Source: Chiloscyllium plagiosum
Lineage: Eukaryota
NCBI RefSeq assembly: GCF_004010195.1
Contig: NC_057720.1
Location: 22,354,399 to 22,388,246, forward strand
Direction of reading: 5' to 3'
Length of the DNA stretch: 33,848 nucleotides
In this document: positions 10,301 to 20,719 of the stretch, piece after piece
Position numbering within the stretch: position 1 is the first letter of the stretch
Layout of the letters: every line of letters starts with the position of its first letter
The notes under the pieces: generated by a model
Seen by the model: the letters and a program-made list of their open reading frames with translations, nothing else
What the model was told of the DNA's origin: nothing
Database searches by the model: none
Translations under genes and position numbers: made by a program

Positions 10301-10570
10301 AAGTTTGTGCGAAGATTTATAGCTCGGGTGCTCGTTGTTGTGGTTCTGTTCGCCGAGCTGGAAGTTTTTGCTGCAAACGTTTCGTCCCCTGGCTAGGCGA
10401 CATCATCAGTGCTTGGGAGCCTCCTGCGAAGCGCTTCTTTGATGTTTCCTCCGGTGTTTATAGTGGCCTGTCCCTGCCGCTTCCGGTTGTCAGTTTCAGC
10501 TGTCCGCTGTAGTGGTTGGTATATTGGGTCCAGGTCGATGTGTTTATTGATGGAGTTTGTGGATGAATTC
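10301..10570 (-). mobile_element. PLE family 3 (Penelope/Poseidon-like), 3' end with GIY-YIG C-terminus and hammerhead
   Basis: Minus frame SSTNSINKHIDLDPIYQPLQR resembles the C-terminus of Penelope GIY-YIG endonucleases. CpG-rich, so probably young. Hammerhead at 10373-10412. Confidence 0.8.
10373..10412 (-). ncRNA. Minimal type-I hammerhead ribozyme motif (family 3), the best preserved in the window
   Basis: Reverse complement gca-CTGATGA-T-GTCGCCT-agcc-AGGGGAC-GAA-ACGT-T-tgc: stem I gca/tgc, stem II 6 of 7 pairs, palindromic ACGT stem III, GUU cleavage triplet. Confidence 0.7.
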
Positions 10571-10692
10571 TGGATTGTCTGGGCAAACTCATTAACATAA
10601 GACTGCGCATAGAATCACCCATGAATTAGTGAGAAGCTGGATTCTCAGGAATTATTCAACTTTTAAAATTATTTTTCAATTAACTTGCTCAG

Positions 10693-11651
10693 ACATAGAG
10701 TCATAGAGATGTACAGCATGGAAACAGACTCTTCGGTCCAACCTGCCCATGCCGACCAGATATCCCAACCCAATCTAGTCCCATCTGCCAGCACCCGGCC
10801 CATATCCCTCCAAACCCTTCCTATTCATATACCCATCCAAATGCCTCTTAAATGTTGCAATTGTACCAGCCTCCACCACTTCCTCTGGCAGCTCATTCCA
10901 TACACGTACTACCCTCTGTGTGAAAAAGTTGCCCCTTAGGTCTCTTTTATATCTTTCCCCTCTCACCCTAAACCAATGCCCTCTAGTTTTGGACTCCCCA
11001 ACCCCAGGGAAAAGACTTTGTCTATTTACCCTATCCATGCCCATCATAATTTTGTAAACCTCAGCCTCTGACGTTCCAGGGAAAACAGCCCCAGCCTGTT
11101 CAACCTCTCCCTTTGGTTAAATCCTCCAACCCTGGCAACATCCTTGTAAATCTTTTCTGAACCTTTTCAAGTTTCACAACATCTTTCCGATAGGAAGGAG
11201 ACCAGAATTGCACGCAATATTCCAACAGTGGCCTAACCAATGTCCTGTACAGCCGCAACATGACCTCCCAACTCCTGTACTCAATACTCTGACCAAGAAA
11301 GGAAAGCATACAAAATGCCTTCTTCACTATCCTATCTACCTGCGACTCCACTTTCAAGGAGCTATGAACCTGCACTCCAAGGTATCTTTGTTCAGCAACA
11401 CTCCCTAGGACCTTACTATTAAGTGTATAAGTCCTGCTAAGATTTGCTTTCCCAAAATGCAGCATCTCGCATTTATCTGACTTAAACTCCATCTGCCACT
11501 TCTCAGCTCATTGGCCCATCTGGTCAAGATCCTGTTGTAATCTGAGGTAACCCTCTTCGCTGTCCACTACACCTCCAATTTTGATGTCATCTGCAAACTT
11601 ACTAACTATACCTCTTGTTCTCGCATCCAAATCATTTATGTAAATGACAAC
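10693..11651 (-). mobile_element. 5'-truncated CR1 LINE (family A)
   Basis: ORFs 11508-11702 (YINDLD..SKFADDIK), 11100-11492 (LYRTLVRPLLEYCVQFWSP) and 10775-11047 (FFTQRVVRVWNELP); tail catagagtcataga. Confidence 0.95.
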
Positions 11652-11751
11652 ATCTGTGGGGCACATGTGACTTGAACCTGGACCATTCAACTGAATTGCC
11701 ACAAGACTTTCAGTTCACCTTTCTAATCTGATTATCTGGATATTTTCTAAT

Positions 11752-11858
11752 TAACCTGCTCAGAGGTGACATTAGATATCTTTGAAGCAGATGGGATGTG
11801 AACCCATACCTCCTGCTCCAGAGGTAGGTACACTACCAGTATATCAAGAGAGCCCTCA
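11752..11858 (-). mobile_element. tRNA-derived SINE 5' part
   Basis: Reverse complement gagggctctcttgatatactggtagtgtacctacctctggagcaggaggtatgggttcacatccc has A/B-box-like motifs; homologous to 33110-33175. Confidence 0.5.
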
Positions 11859-12199
11859 AACTGATTGATCTACAGAGTAGTATGGGCATATCAATGTCCT
11901 GACTTAATGCTCCTAGTGTTATTTTTTTCAGCTGAACGGTCATTGCATCTATCAAGGGCAGATCAACTGACTGAATTTAAACTGTACTTCAAGCAATTGT
12001 GGCAACAGCAGGAGAAACAAACTCAGACCAAACTTCAAAGACAGCTTCACAGAAATTGATTTGAGTTTCCTAATATTTTCAGCATTTTCTATTTTTATTT
12101 CAAGCTTCAATCAATTGCTTGTGACTACAAGTCAGGCCATTCATGCTGGATTCATTTGACCACAGGTTCTGTGTGCACAAGATTCTTAGCGCAATTTGT

Positions 12200-12410
12200 T
12201 GAACATCCAAGAACTGATACAACTGATGGACTAAGCAACAGTGAAGGAAAAAATTCTTGAACTCCCCCCCAGTCAGAATTGTGGATCTATCTACAGCATA
12301 CGGATTGCAGCTGTTCAAGTAGGCAACTCACTACCACCTTCTCAAGGCAACTAAGGATGGACAATAAATATTAACCTAGCCACTGACAACCCTGCCTCTT
12401 AAGTGAATAT
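12200..12410 (+). mobile_element. LINE 3' end (tail shared with the SINE at 20720-21235)
   Basis: ggaaaaaattcttgaactcccccc...gcagctgttcaagtaggcaactcactaccaccttctcaaggcaactaaggatggacaataaat; its reverse complement occurs at 31150-31240. Confidence 0.6.
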
Positions 12411-12830
12411 AAAACACAGCCAACCAAGAGGGTTTGTTTAGCAATCTGCAAGTTATACAAACTAAACATTTTTCAGAGGTAGCTGTGCTTTCCCTTTACT
12501 CTTCTCTACTCCTTTCTCAGGAAAGAAACTATGTTTACTTCTGATCTCAGTTATGTCTCCTCTGAACTGCCCCAAAACACTCAATCTTTGGAGTTTCAAA
12601 GCTGAAATCAATCCTTAATTATACTGAACCAAAAACGAAATAATGGTTCTCAATGCTTACCCCACCTGTCACAAATCACCACCAAGCTGTATTGCACCAG
12701 CATTCTAGGGGTCCCTGCTCTTATACATACTGAATTAGGTTACTGTTCCAGATGGACTATCTGACCTAGTGCTGCGGATAAAGGTGAATTTCCAAATTAC
12801 ATTTGAGAAGATGTAATCTCAAAGGTTATT

Positions 12831-13515
12831 AGAGCCATAGAGTCATATAGCATGGAAACAGACCCTTCGGTCTAACCAGCAATGTAGACCATAATCCCAA
12901 ACTAAAATAGTCCCACTTGCCTGCACTTGGTCCATATCCCTCCATATCCTTTCTCATTCACATCCTTATCTAAATGCCTTTTAAACGTCGGAACTGTACT
13001 TGCATCCAACGCTTCCTCTGAATGTTCATTCCACACGTAAATCATTTGCTGTGTAAAGAAATTGCCCCTCGTGTCCTTTCGAATTCTTTTTCTTCAAACA
13101 TATGCTCTCTAGTCTTGAAATGCCCCACCACAGGGAAAAGATACCTGCCATTCCTTTATCTATGCCCCTCATGATGTTACAAATCTCTATAAGGTCACCC
13201 CTCAATCTCCTGAACTCTGGGTGCTGGCAGGTGGGACGAGATTGGGTTGGGATATCTGGTTGGCATGGACCAAAGGGTCTGTTTCCATGCTGTACATCTC
13301 TATGACTCTAAGTCCCAGCCTATCCACCTTCTCCCTATAACTCAAATGTTCCATTCCCAGAAACATTCTGGCAAATCTTTTTTGAACCACCTCCAGCCAA
13401 TAATATCCTTCCTATAACAACAAGACCAGAACTGGACACAGTATTCCAGAGGAGACCTCACCAAATTGTTGTACAACATGTCACCCCAACTCCTATACTC
13501 AAAGGTCTGAGCAAT
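12831..13515 (-). mobile_element. CR1 LINE 3' fragment with a nested opposite-strand CR1 tail
   Basis: ORF 13342-13560 LVRSPLEYCVQFWS; ORF 13202-13390 VQKRFARMF; tail agagccatagagtcata. Confidence 0.88.
13218..13310 (+). mobile_element. CR1 family A 3' UTR, about 90 bp, nested
   Basis: gggtgctggcaggtgggacgagattgggttgggatatctgg...gctgtacatctctatgactcta. Confidence 0.85.
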
Positions 13516-13519
13516 TCTG

Positions 13520-14820
13520 GGAAATAAAAGTTCATGGTGTACTGGGTAATGTTTTGGCATGGCCAGAAGATTTGGCTAGCTAACAGAAAATAGAAAGTAA
13601 GCATAATGTTTTAGGTTGGAAGAGGTAATAAGCAATATGCCACTGAGCACTGAGCCCTCAACTTACACAATCTGTATAAATGACATGGACGAAGGGTTTG
13701 TATGTTTGTAGGTATGTTTGCTAATTTTGCTGATGACACCAAAGTAGGTAGCAAAATAAGTTGTAAAAATGACGTAAGGAGGTTACAAGCAAATATAAAT
13801 AGGTTTGGCAAAATCATACTGTCATGGAATCATACAGCACAGAAACATGCCCTTCGGTCCAACTTGTCCACGCTGACCATATTTCCCAAACTTAACCATT
13901 CCCATTTGCCTGCATTTGGTCTCTATCGCTCTAAACCTTTCCTATTCATGTATCTGTCCAAATATCTTTTAAATGTTGTAATTGTACTAATTCCTTTGGC
14001 AGCTCGTTCCATACACGCACCACCCTTTGTGTGGAAATGTTGCCCCTCAGGTTCCTTTTTATCCCTTTTCCCTCATACTTTAAACCTATGGCCTTTGGTT
14101 TTGAAATCTCCCATCCTTGGAAAAACACCTTGGCAATTCACCTTGCCTATGCCCCTCATAATTTACTAAACCAGTAAAGGTCACCCTCAACCTCCTATGT
14201 TGCAGTGAAAAAAGTCCCATCCTAACCTCTCCTTATAACTCAAACCATCCAGTCCCGGTAATATTCCTGTATATTTTTTCTGCATCCTTTCAAGTTTTAC
14301 AATATCCCTCCTTTGTCTGGCAAATGGAGTGTAATGTGGGAAACTGTGGATTTTCCCATTTTGTCAGGAAGAATGCGAAAGAAACATATATCTAAATAGT
14401 GACTGATTACAGAGCTCCAGGATGCAGATGGATGTGGGTGGCCGAGAGCATTAATTTCAATGTTAGTAGAGTTACAACAAGATATTAGGAAAACTAATGA
14501 AATGTTATTGTTTGTAACAAATTGAATTGGGGAATTGAATGCAGAAGTAGGTAGATAATGCTTCAGTTATATAAGGCATTGACGATACCACATCTGGAGT
14601 ACCGTGTATATGATTGGTCTCCTTGATTAAGGAAATGTCTGCAAAGTAGTTCAAAGGGTTTCTCAGCTAATGCATATAATGGGCTGGTTATCTATTGATG
14701 AAAGGTTGGCCAGGCTGAGTTTGTACTCCTGCATTTAGTAGAATGAGGTGACTTGATTAAAACATACAAGATCCTGAGGGATTGCAGTAGGAAGGAGATC
14801 CCCTGTTGTGGAGAACCTAA
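13520..14820 (+). mobile_element. Old CR1 LINE RT region, split by a nested CR1
   Basis: GMFANFADDTKVG at ~13711-13750; resumes at ~14313 with tggcaaatggag (WQME) and ccacatctggagtaccgtgta. Confidence 0.8.
13812..14312 (-). mobile_element. Nested CR1 3' fragment
   Basis: ORF 13946-14128 NLRGNISTQRVVRVWNELP; 3' UTR catggaatcatacagcacagaaac. Confidence 0.85.
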
Positions 14821-14829
14821 ACACAATGT

Positions 14830-15435
14830 AAAAATTGAAAGAACTGTGCATGCTGTAAATCAGAGACAAGAATAGAAATTGTTGGAAAAGCTCAGCAGGT
14901 CTGGCAGCATCTGTGGAGAGAATCAGAGTTAACACTTCAGGTCGAGCGAATCTTCCTCAGAACTGGATCAAACTCAAGATATCACACAGGATGCATTGTA
15001 TCTCAATATTAGTGGGGTGAGGAGCAGGTGGGTTCTTTGTTGCAGTCGGAGGGGTGGGGTACAAGGGCGGAGGTGGGGGAATTGAGGAGATGTGTTGGAG
15101 GGCCTTATTGATCACGTGGGAGGGGAAATTGTAGTCCTTGAAATAGGAGGCCATCTGAGAAGTCCTGGAGTGGAATTGCTCCTCCGAGGAGCTGAATTGA
15201 CAGAGGCGGAGGAATTACGAGTAAGAGATTGTATTTTTACAGGAGGGCTGTGGAAGGAGGTGTAGTCCAGGTAGCTGTGGGAGTTGGTGGGTTTGAAGTA
15301 GATGTCCGTTTGAGTTAGTCACTGGAGATGGAGTGGGAGAGATCCAGGAAGGGGAGGGAGGTGTCTGAGATGGTCCAGGTGAACATAAAGTCAGGGTGGA
15401 AGGTTTTAGTTAAGTTGATGAATTATTCAACCTCC
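14830..15435 (-). mobile_element. PLE fragment (RT C-terminus/linker plus terminal repeat with a degenerate hammerhead)
   Basis: Minus frame FHSRTSQMASYFKDYNFPSHVINKAL (PLE post-RT region); hammerhead-like agtt-CTGAGGA-agattcgctcgacct-GAAGTGTT-aact at 14927-14964. Confidence 0.8.
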
Positions 15436-16437
15436 TCCACCCTTGAGCCCCACCCCTCCAAAAAAACCAAGGATAGACCCGCCCAGTCCTCATCTTCCAA
15501 CCCACTACTCTCCAGATATAGTGCATCATCCTCTGTCACGTCTGCCATGTACAATCAGACCCCACCACCAGAGATATAATTCCCTCCCCACTCTCTCTGT
15601 GTTTTGCAGAGACCATTACCTCCGTGACTCCATTGTTAGACATTGTCCCCCACCAACACACCCTCCACACCTGGCACCTTCCCTTACCCCTGCAAGAGGT
15701 GTAAAACCTGCACCCACACCTCCCCCCTCATCTCCATCCAAGGACCCAAAGGATCTTTTCACATCCAGCAGAGATTTTCCTGCACATCCCAATACATTAT
15801 CTACTGTGTCCATTGCTCTCAATTTGGTCTTCTCTACATTGGGAAGGCAGGCTGCCAACTTGCAGAATGTTTCAGGGAATATCTTCGGGACACATCCATC
15901 AAACAACCCCACCGCCCTGTGGCAGACCACTTCAACTCCCTTCCCACTCTGCCAAGGACATGTAAGTCCTGGACCTCCTCCACCATGAAATCCAAGCCAG
16001 CCGACGTCTGGAAGAAGAACGCCTCATCTTCCACCTTAGGGCCCTTCAACCGCACGGCATCAACATTGAATTCACTAGTTTTCTTATCTCCCCTCCCCCC
16101 ACCTCTTCCCAGATCCAACATTCCAACTCAGCAACGCACTCTTGAACCGTCCTACCTGTCCATCTTCCTTCCCACTTCTCCGTTTCACCTCCCCTCTGAC
16201 ATTTCACTATCACTCCCAATTGCATCTACCTATCGCCTTCCCAGCTACCTTACACCCACCCCCACCATCCTATCTATCTCTCAGTCCCCTTCCATGCAAC
16301 CCCCAGATTCCTGATGAAAGGGTTATGCCTGAAACATCGACTCCCCTGCTCCTCGGATGCTGCCTGACCTGCTGTGCTTTTTCAGTGCCACATTTTTCCA
16401 CTCTGATCTCCAGTATCTGCAGTCTTCACTTTCTCCT
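15436..16437 (+). mobile_element. PLE (Neptune-like) 3' half: Cys-rich linker, GIY-YIG endonuclease, terminal repeat with hammerhead
   Basis: ORF 15643-16314 PGTFPYPCKRCKTC...FSCTSQYIIYCVHCSQFGLLYIGK...LAECFREYL...PVADHFN is GIY-YIG (IIY...YIG) preceded by a Cys cluster; frameshifted, so a fossil. Confidence 0.9.
16305..16343 (+). ncRNA. Minimal type-I hammerhead motif (family 1) in the PLE 3' terminal repeat
   Basis: agattc-CTGATGA-aAGGG-ttat-GCCT-GAA-ACAT-C-gactc, downstream of and on the same strand as the GIY-YIG ORF; partly decayed. Confidence 0.6.
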
Positions 16438-16439
16438 GG

Positions 16440-18030
16440 AGCACAATGATGCAGAGGTAATGCTGCAGTTACACAAAACTCTGGTTAGACCCCAATGGGA
16501 GAACAGTGAGTGGATCTGGGAAGGATATATTGAACTTGGAGGGAGTACAATGTAAGTTTACAAGAATGATACCTTGACTTCAGGGATTACGTTACAAGGA
16601 GAGATTATGTGATTTAGACTGGTTTTCTCTAGAATATAGAAATTTTAGGAGCGATCTGAATGAAGTGTCTCACTAACTTGATTGAGTATTTTGAAGAAAT
16701 GATGAAGAGGGGTGATGAAGGAAGAGTGGTGGATGTTGTCTATTTGGACTTCAGGAAAGTTTTTTGACAAGGTTCCACACGGCAGACTGGTTAACATGGT
16801 TTGATCACATGGAACACTGAGAGAACTAGCCATTTGGATACAAAATTGGCTCGAAAGTAGGAGATAGAGAGTGGTGGTGGAGAGTTGCTTTTCAGTTGGC
16901 AGACCATGACCAGCAGTGTGCTGCAAGTATTGGTGCTGGATCCACTGCTTTATACAGTTAAAGGTAAGCCTGTGGGGACTGTTGCCAAACAGAAAGACCT
17001 TGTGGTGCAGGTTCATAGTTTCTGGTAAGGGGGTTGCAGGTAGGCAAGAGGCATTTGGTACGCTTCCTTTTATGGTCAGTGAATTGAGTTTAGGTGTTAG
17101 GAGGTCATGTTGCAGCTGTACAGGACATTGGTCAGGCCACTTTTGGAATACAGTATTCAATTTTGGTCTCTCTGCTACAGGTAGGATGCTGTAAAATTTG
17201 AAAGAGTTCACAAAAGACTTACAAGGATGTTGCTAGGGTTGGAGGATTTGAGCTATAAGGAGAGGTCGAATAGGCTAGGGCTGTTTTCCCTGAAGCACCA
17301 GAGGCTGAGAGGTGACCTTATAGAAGTTTATAAAATCATGAGGAGCATGGATAGGGTGAATATACAAGGTCTTTTTCCCAGGGTAGGGGATGCCAAAACC
17401 AGTGGGCATAAGTTTAAGGTGAGAGGAGAAAGATCTGAAGGGATGTAAGGGGCAACTTTTTCACACAGAGGCCAGTGCATGTATGGAATGAACTGCCAGG
17501 GAAAGTAGTGGAAGCAGGTATAATTAGAACATTTAAAAGGCATCTGGATGGGTATATAAACAGGAAGGGTTTAGAGAGATGTGGCCAAATGCTGGCAAAT
17601 GGGACGAGATTAATTTAGAAAATCTGGTCAGCATGGATGAGTTGGACTGAATGATCTGTTTCTATGCTGTACATCTCTATGACTCAATGACTGCGAGATA
17701 TTAACAGAAAAAAAGTAGGACAGGAAAAGATAAATAATTGGTTGGGGATTCTAAAACTAGGGTGCATAGTCTGAAAATTAGACCATTCGGGAGAGATGTT
17801 AGGAAGGACAAAGGATGGTGGATGTTTGGAACTCTGTTCCTCAAATGGCAGTGGATGCGGAATCAGTTGTTACTTTTGAATCTGAGTTAGATTTTTTTTT
17901 CTTAAGCAACAGTATAAAGGGATACAGCCAAAGGCAGGAATATGGATTTAGGCTCCCAATCAGCTATGATCTCATCGAATAGTGGAACAGACTTGAGGGG
18001 CTGAATGGCCTATTCCTATGCTCCTAAGTA
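16440..18030 (+). mobile_element. Older CR1 3' region interrupted by a younger CR1
   Basis: VMLQLHKTLVRPQ at ~16457-16495; gcgatctgaatgaagtg (16651) resumes as gagatattaacag at ~17695; ends ggggctgaatggcctattcct. Confidence 0.75.
16670..17692 (+). mobile_element. CR1 family A-like LINE with internal deletions, nested
   Basis: cactaacttgattgag, gtctatttggacttc (VYLDF), ORF 17227-17448 LRGDLIEVYKIM; tail ctctatgactcaatgact. Confidence 0.9.
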
Positions 18031-18119
18031 GCCTACTTCTGTTCTTAATTTACGTTAACCTAACTAAAACATTCGTTTGACCCCAGCCAGGGTAGTGCAC
18101 TCAATCTAGGCATTGTACT

Positions 18120-18615
18120 TCAGGGAGGACATGTGGACTTTATTTAGGATACAGAAAGGATTTCAACTGGGATTGTTTCAAGAATCAGGAATTGCAGTTA
18201 CACACAAATACTGGAGAAGATGGCATTTTTCTGTTTGAAGCAAATATAGCTAAGAAGAGACTTGATGGAGATGCTTCAAGTCATGCATAATTTAGATAGG
18301 GTAAATAAAGAAATACTGTGTTGAATAGCTGGAGGAGTGATAACCAGGAGGCAGAGAGTTGGTGTGAATGACATTTTGAAAAAGCAGAAGTGACTTGAGG
18401 ATTTTTTTTAGCACAATGAGAAGTTAGGATCTGGAATGTACTGCCTAAGAGGTGGTTGGGTCCAGATTTAACAGCAAATTTGGATAAAACAGAAAAAGAA
18501 AACTGTTGGAAGAAGAGAACAGAAGGGTAGAATCAACTGGACTTCTCTTCAATAGAGAGATTGCAATGCAGTGGGCCAAACAGCTTCCTTCTGCACTTTA
18601 TTATTCTATGCTGCA
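18120..18615 (+). mobile_element. Highly decayed CR1 3' region
   Basis: gctaagaagagacttgatggagatg, gttaggatctggaatgtactgcct (VRIWNVLP), tgggccaaacagcttccttctgcac. Confidence 0.6.
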
Positions 18616-18699
18616 TGTGACAGCATTTGTCTTAGGCTACACATTTGGACAACAAAAGTTTTTTATCAGTCTGCTCCTGCTGTGCGACTCTGTCACCTA

Positions 18700-19460
18700 A
18701 CTATCAAGATGCACGGTGAGCAATGTAAATCAATTCTCAGACCTTGGGAGTCTTGTCTCAGTAAGAACAGACATTGACTGCGAGACTCAACATCATCTTC
18801 ACTGTGCCAGCCCAACCTTCTGCCATCTGAGGGACAGACTTTTTGATTACAAAGGCCTCAAACCCAGCACTGTACTCCTGGAATGAAAGGCAGTAGTGTC
18901 ACGAGTCCTCTTGTCTGTATCAGAGGCACAGACAATGTACAACCGACACTTCAAATCAGCTAATCTATCACCTCTGTGAAATCCCACAGAGCCACTGGCA
19001 GGAATGAGTACTCCAATATCAGTGTACTGTCTCAGGCCAACCTTCCCAATATCCAGCCACTAGTTATGACCAACCAGCTGCGTTGGGTGGTTCACAGCAT
19101 GCAATTACCGACACAAATCTCAGAAAGCAAGCCCACTACTCTGAGCTTCATGACAGCAAGTAACTCTCAGGAGGACAAAGGAAACATCTCTCAAGGACTC
19201 CCTGAAAATAAGTGAAGGATCCCCACCAACTGATGGAAATTTCTTGCCCAGGACCATCCAAAATGAAGAAGAAGCATCCACGAGGGTGCCAACCATTTTC
19301 AACATTTTTGAAAGCTTTGGGTACAGGCCACGAGCAAATGGATGAAGTATGAGAAAACGCGAGTCTCCCACGCACCCACTCTCTTCATCAAATAGCACCT
19401 AGCCGCTTATGGTAGAGTGTGCTGATGCAACATTGGACTATTTCGTCACCTCACGACACC
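18700..19460 (+). mobile_element. Decayed RTE-clade LINE 3' portion
   Basis: Homologous to 2270-3245; aaccagctgcgttgggtggttcac (NQLRWVVH, RTE LRWxGH motif). Confidence 0.65.
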
Positions 19461-19775
19461 AAAGCAAATTGTTTATTATCCCAAGTTACTGCCTAAGTTC
19501 TATTGGGCCCAGTGATACTCATGAGTCATTAAGGTCCCTTGGTTCTTGTTTGATTGAACAGGCATTCCACAGTTTCTCCCAAATTAACCTAAGCCTTTAT
19601 TCCCCAGGTTTTTGCTCCTTACCAAGCAATTGTATGACTGAAGTTTGGATGAACGAGAGACAGGAACTTCACTTTATTAAGATAGGGTGGACCTGAAAGA
19701 CCACATTGTCCTCCTTTATCTATTTTTTATATTTTCTAAGCTTCATTGCAGCACCTTGACTTGTACATTTTTGCT

Positions 19776-19885
19776 TCACCTGATGAAGGAGCAGCGCCCT
19801 GAAAACTTGCGATTTTAAACAAACCCAGTGTGGTGTGTCTTCTGACTTTGTTCACAACAGCCCAGCACCAGCATCTCCACATCAT
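19776..19885 (+). mobile_element. PLE terminal fragment (family 2) with hammerhead motif
   Basis: tcac-CTGATGA-A-GGAGCagcGCCCT-GAA-AACT-T-gcga (core 19780-19808); homologous to the reverse complement of 9196-9276. Confidence 0.7.
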
Positions 19886-19920
19886 ATATTTTCACTGATT
19901 ACAGAAAAAAATGCTCTCTA

Positions 19921-20230
19921 GGGGTGGCATGGTGGCTCAGTGGTTAGCACTGCTGCCTCACAGCGCCAGGGACCTGGGTTCAATTTCAGCCTCAGGCGAT
20001 TGTGTAGGTGTTTGCACATTTTCCCCGTGTCTGCGTGGGTTTCCTCTGGGTGCTCCAGGTTCTTCCCACCGTCCAAAGATGTCCAGGTTAGGTGAATTGG
20101 CCATGCTAAATTGCCCATAGTGTTAGGTGCATTAGTCAGAGGGAAATGGGTCTGGGTGGGTACCCTTTAGGGGGTTAGTGTGGATTTGTTGGGCTGTAGG
20201 GCTTGTTTCCATGCTGTAGGGAATCTAATC
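19921..20230 (+). mobile_element. Full-length HE1-type V-SINE (tRNA head, V domain, CR1-derived tail)
   Basis: A box tggctcagtggtt, B box gggttcaatttc; V domain gtttgcacattttccccgtgtctgcgtgggtttcctctgggtgctcc...ccaaagatgt; tail gggctgtagggcttgtttccatgctgtagggaatct shared with CR1 3' ends. Confidence 0.9.
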
Positions 20231-20719
20231 ACTGCTAGATAGCCTTACATAAAAAAGAACAGAAAATATCAAACAAAGGTAAGATATTTAACCTATGCAA
20301 TTAATCTAGTCATTCTTCTTAATATTTATACTCTGATTGATTTTTCACAAATCGCTTCAGCTGACAGACATTTTTAACTTTTCTTTCTCCTTAACCTGAA
20401 TTATTTAAAACTTTTAAGGCTCAACTTCTGCTGCTAATGCTATCATAATTCTACCCATGCTACATCAACAATGTTCTCAAAGTGTTTAAAATAAACAGAT
20501 CAATGACTCCATTTGTGTAAAATTAGTAATTTAACTATATTACACAACTGGCTGGTGCTTTATCCGATATTCATCACAAAATGCTCACTGCTCCTTGATT
20601 GATTTTTTTAGTTCACAAATCACTCCTGTAAAATTATCCCTTTAAGGTATATTTACCTGAGAGAAATACAGTCAGATTCGATTTTAAATTGCAGAAATAA
20701 GCATTTAAAAAAATTTCAG

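Noticed and set aside
15443..16314. 181-aa and 223-aa ORFs as a domesticated GIY-YIG gene
   Set aside because: Frameshifts and substitutions at usually conserved positions (for example ECFREY for xRFxEH) indicate a decayed PLE.
19921..19995. tRNA gene
   Set aside because: The A/B boxes run directly into a V-SINE body and CR1-like tail; it is a SINE head with no proper acceptor stem.
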